This document shows, in pieces, positions 60,789 to 64,000 of a DNA stretch of 64,000 bases. The DNA lies in NCBI GenBank assembly GCA_043228905.1, contig JBHGNT010000004.1:22010001-22074000 (forward strand), in the 5' to 3' direction. The first letter of the stretch is position 1; every line of letters starts with the position of its first letter. The notes beneath the pieces are model-generated. The model did not search any database, had not been told where the DNA came from, and saw only the letters and a program-made list of their open reading frames with translations. A program made the position numbers and the translations under genes. The DNA comes from Azolla caroliniana. Lineage: Eukaryota; Plantae; Polypodiophyta.

Positions 60789-63700
60789 TGTAAAGAGTAA
60801 CGTGCGGAAGCAAGTATGAAGACCGAACAGAAGGAAGAAAACTCAGGTTTAATGGAGAGCTTGAGCTTACGCAGTATACGCGGGAGAGACAGAGAGAGTG
60901 AGAGAGAGAAAACACAAGAACTATATTCAACAAAAAGTACTCAATCTTTATTCACCACCCTATACATACGTGTGTTCAATGAACACTTTTATACAAGTCC
61001 TAGAAGGACTGACCGAAGTACTGACAGTACTTCAATGCTCATTAAGAGCTCCTACACTAACTCCCAAATATATTCCTCACGGAATATCTTTCCTAACGGC
61101 CTCCCGGTTTACGCACCGATCCGGCCCTACCTACACACCGGTCTGCGTACCGGTTTATGCATTCGGCCTAACCGATTGGTCCCAACCGATCCGGTCCTCG
61201 GCTTCTTCAGCCAATCCGGCCGATGTTGAGCTTGTCTCTCAACACTCCCCCTCAAGCTCAACTCGAGGCTCTTCGGGATCTTCGGGCTCACAGCTCCGGT
61301 TCCTCCTGGCTTCATGCCTCGCTCGCGCTCCACGACCTGTTCGACCCTTCCGGTCGGCTTGTCTGCTCATGTGGCCCTTATCAGCTCTTCTACTGTTGCG
61401 GTGTTGACGCTTCTTCTGCTGCCTTTTCTTCCGCTTGGGCCTCGGTTGATTCAACGTATCTGAATCAAACATCCGAACCGACTCGGCTACCTCTGATCGG
61501 TTTTCGCTCTCGTCCGAGTTGGCTGTCTCCAACTTGTCTTCGGTCCTCTCACCCTCGATGGCGTCATCTTCCCCATGCGTGGTTGGCTTCGGCTCTCTCC
61601 TTCGGCTGCTCCCCTTCTGTCCGCTTCCGGACTTTTCCGCGGGTCCGCCCTCGGCTTCTTCAGCCTATCCGAAGTCGAACTCCACAACCGAGTCAACCGA
61701 CTCGGTGTCGCGGTCTCCACTCCTTTCCTGCTGCCTTGCTTGGTCGTTCGGGATTGTTCTCCCCCTCAAGTTTGGCATGTCGAGGTGACGCAATCCGAGC
61801 GCACCTGAGAATTGCCGCAACTTGTCCAGACCAAGAGGCTTGGTGAAGATGTCGGCAGTCTGCCGATCCGTCGGAACGTACTGAAGTTCGATTTCACCAG
61901 AAAGGACACGCTCATGGACGAAATGGTAGTGCACCTCAATGTGCTTGGTCCGTGCGTGGAAAACGGGGTTTTTCGCGAGCTGGATGCTGCTGAGGTTGTC
62001 GCAGTAGATCGTCGTCGGATCTGACACCTCTTGCAGGTCCCTAAGTAGCCGCTTCAACCATATGGCTTCGCATGTCGCGACAGCCGCTCCTCGGTACTCA
62101 GCTTTAGTGCTCGACAATGCAATTGTCGGCTGCTTCTTACTGCTCCACACGATCGCGGCACTCCCGAGGGAGAACGCGTATCCGGACGTGGATCGGCGAT
62201 CGGCGGCGTTGCCAGCCCAATCAGCATCGGTGTAGCCGACTAACTGCGCAGATGCATCGGTCCGATATAGCAGTCCCCGGTCCTTAGTGCCGTTGACATA
62301 CCGAAGTATGCTTGCGCACACTGGAGGTGCTCCTCGGTAGGTCGCGCCATGAACTGACTGATCACTTCGACCGGATAACTGAGGTCGGGTCGGGTGATGG
62401 TCAAGTATATGAGGCTTCTGACAATTTGTCGGAACCTCGTCGGGTCGCATACCTTTCCCGTATCGGGACGAAGCTTGACGGTTCTGTCCAGAGGAGTCGA
62501 GACGGACTTACAGTCGGCCATCCCGAATTTGAAGAGCATACTCAGCACGTAATGACGTTGGCTGATCAATATGCCTTCGGGGGTATGGATCACTTCGATC
62601 CTGAGAAGTAATGAAGGTCCCCCAGTGTCAAGATTCGAACTCTTGACATAACCATGTTGTAATTGAGTGTTATGTGTTAACCACACATCTAGCATATAAT
62701 CATGTATATACTTCCTCATTGTAGGTTTTAGCTAGCATCATGTGCATAATTTCTCCCTTGTATTATTAACACTTGGCACATGCATGCGTACCTACTGCCT
62801 ACATGCTCTATTGTATCACATGTGTGCAACAGGTATGCATGTCAGTTAGTATAAATAGTTGAGTTCACCTTGAAGGAATTCAAGGTGAACAACACCAGTC
62901 ATGGACATATCAATCTAGTATTCCCATTTTGCCCATCTTCACTCCTTAATCTTAATCTCTATCTTTATGCTCTTGTGTCATTCCCCATCTTAAGTTCCTC
63001 GCGTCATCACTTCGTCATAGCCTCATCATCCCTGCTCCGTCTTAGTCCGCGCTTGGTGTGTCCATGACACCCAGATCCTTCATGTCGAACGATGCCGCAA
63101 GCTGGAGCTTCACGCGGTCGATTTCACCTAGGTCGGCGCCGGTGATGACCAAGTCATCAACATATAGTAAAATACTAACCGGTCCGAGTCGACCTTTCTG
63201 GATGAACAGGGAAGAGTTCAATTTTGACGTGACAAAGCCCATCCGACGCAGTTGTTGCGTGATCTTCGCGTTCCAGGCACGTGGGGCTTGCTTCAGTCCG
63301 AAAAGGGACTTCTTCAGTTGGCATACTGCCGAGGAGTTCGTTCCAGAGTGAAATCCGGGGGGTTGTACCATGTACACTTGTTCCTCAAGGTCACCTTGCA
63401 GGAACGCATTCTTTACATCCATCTGATGTAAGTGCCACCCCTTCACCGCAGCTACTGCGAACAAAACACAGACGGTCGTCATTTTCGCGACCGGCGCAAA
63501 CGTCTCATCGTAGTCGATGCCGTGTTTCTGCGCGTAGCCCTTTGCCACTAGCCGAGCCTTGTACTGGTTGACCGAGCCATCGGTGTTGTACTTGACCTTG
63601 TACACCCACCTACACCCGATCGGTTTTTCCCCTCTTGGTGCGTCAACTAGGTCCCAGGTCTTGTTCTTCGCCAATGCGTGCATCTCTTCCTCCATCACGG

Positions 63701-64000
63701 CACGCCAATTCGCATCTTTAGCCACTTCTGCGTAGCTCTCCGGCTCACGCACTTCCGCTACACGGGTCATGTACGCATAATGATGCGCCATGTACTCGTT
63801 GTATCCGAACCGCAAAACATGATTCTTCTGGCGGGTAGATCGGCGTAATCTCACATTAGTTGATGTCGAGGCCTTCTCGGTCGACGCAGACTTCACCTTT
63901 AAAGACTCGTCACCGGTTCTCTCGGAGTCGGACTCGCGTCGGTCTGACTCGTTCCTATCCGTGCCGAAATTCGACACCTTCTTCTTCCCTTTCTCTTTGC
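60789..64000 (-). mobile_element. Ty1/Copia LTR retrotransposon, 3' half (RT, RNase H, PPT, 3' LTR)
   Basis: RT: KARLVAKG, QMDVKNAFL, GLKQAPRAW and YVDD. RNase H: YTDADWAG, CDN and HARTKHIEVHYHF. PPT AGGGGGAG at 61252-61245. LTR 61244-60789 runs TGTTGAGAG...CTCTTTACA. Confidence 0.93.
62626..63069. mobile_element. 444-bp solo LTR inserted in the Copia RT
   Basis: TGTCAAG...CATGACA termini with a perfect 5-bp TSD CCCAG (62621-62625 and 63070-63074). Removing it restores MKDLGDLHYF. Confidence 0.92.

Overview
Plant nuclear DNA, most likely from a non-seed plant such as a fern. That assignment is an inference from the PLS-PPR style and the retroelement families. The window has three zones. (1) 1-~25.7 kb is a nested transposon stack. 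L1-type LINEs are interrupted by several Ty3/Gypsy LTRs of one lineage, including a complete, young 8-kb element (7815-15851) with a 4-bp TSD, a tRNA-Trp PBS and gag-protease joined to RT-RH-IN by a predicted -1 frameshift with a pseudoknot. hAT MITEs and a recurrent two-tRNA-like module are also present. (2) ~26-53 kb is a gene island: an intronless MYC2-type bHLH (+), a 7-exon DUF616 (TOD1/MUCI70-like) gene (-), a PLS-class PPR with a truncated E domain (-) and a 16-exon dynamin-related DRP1 (-). (3) 53-64 kb is decayed AT-rich DNA and a Ty1/Copia 3' half interrupted by a solo LTR. The most notable signals are the frameshift cassette, tRNA-like Pol III modules inside the Gypsy LTRs and after LINE tails, conserved U5 hairpins, and a Copia polyprotein extension beyond RNase H. 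All coordinates were read by eye and no database searches were run.
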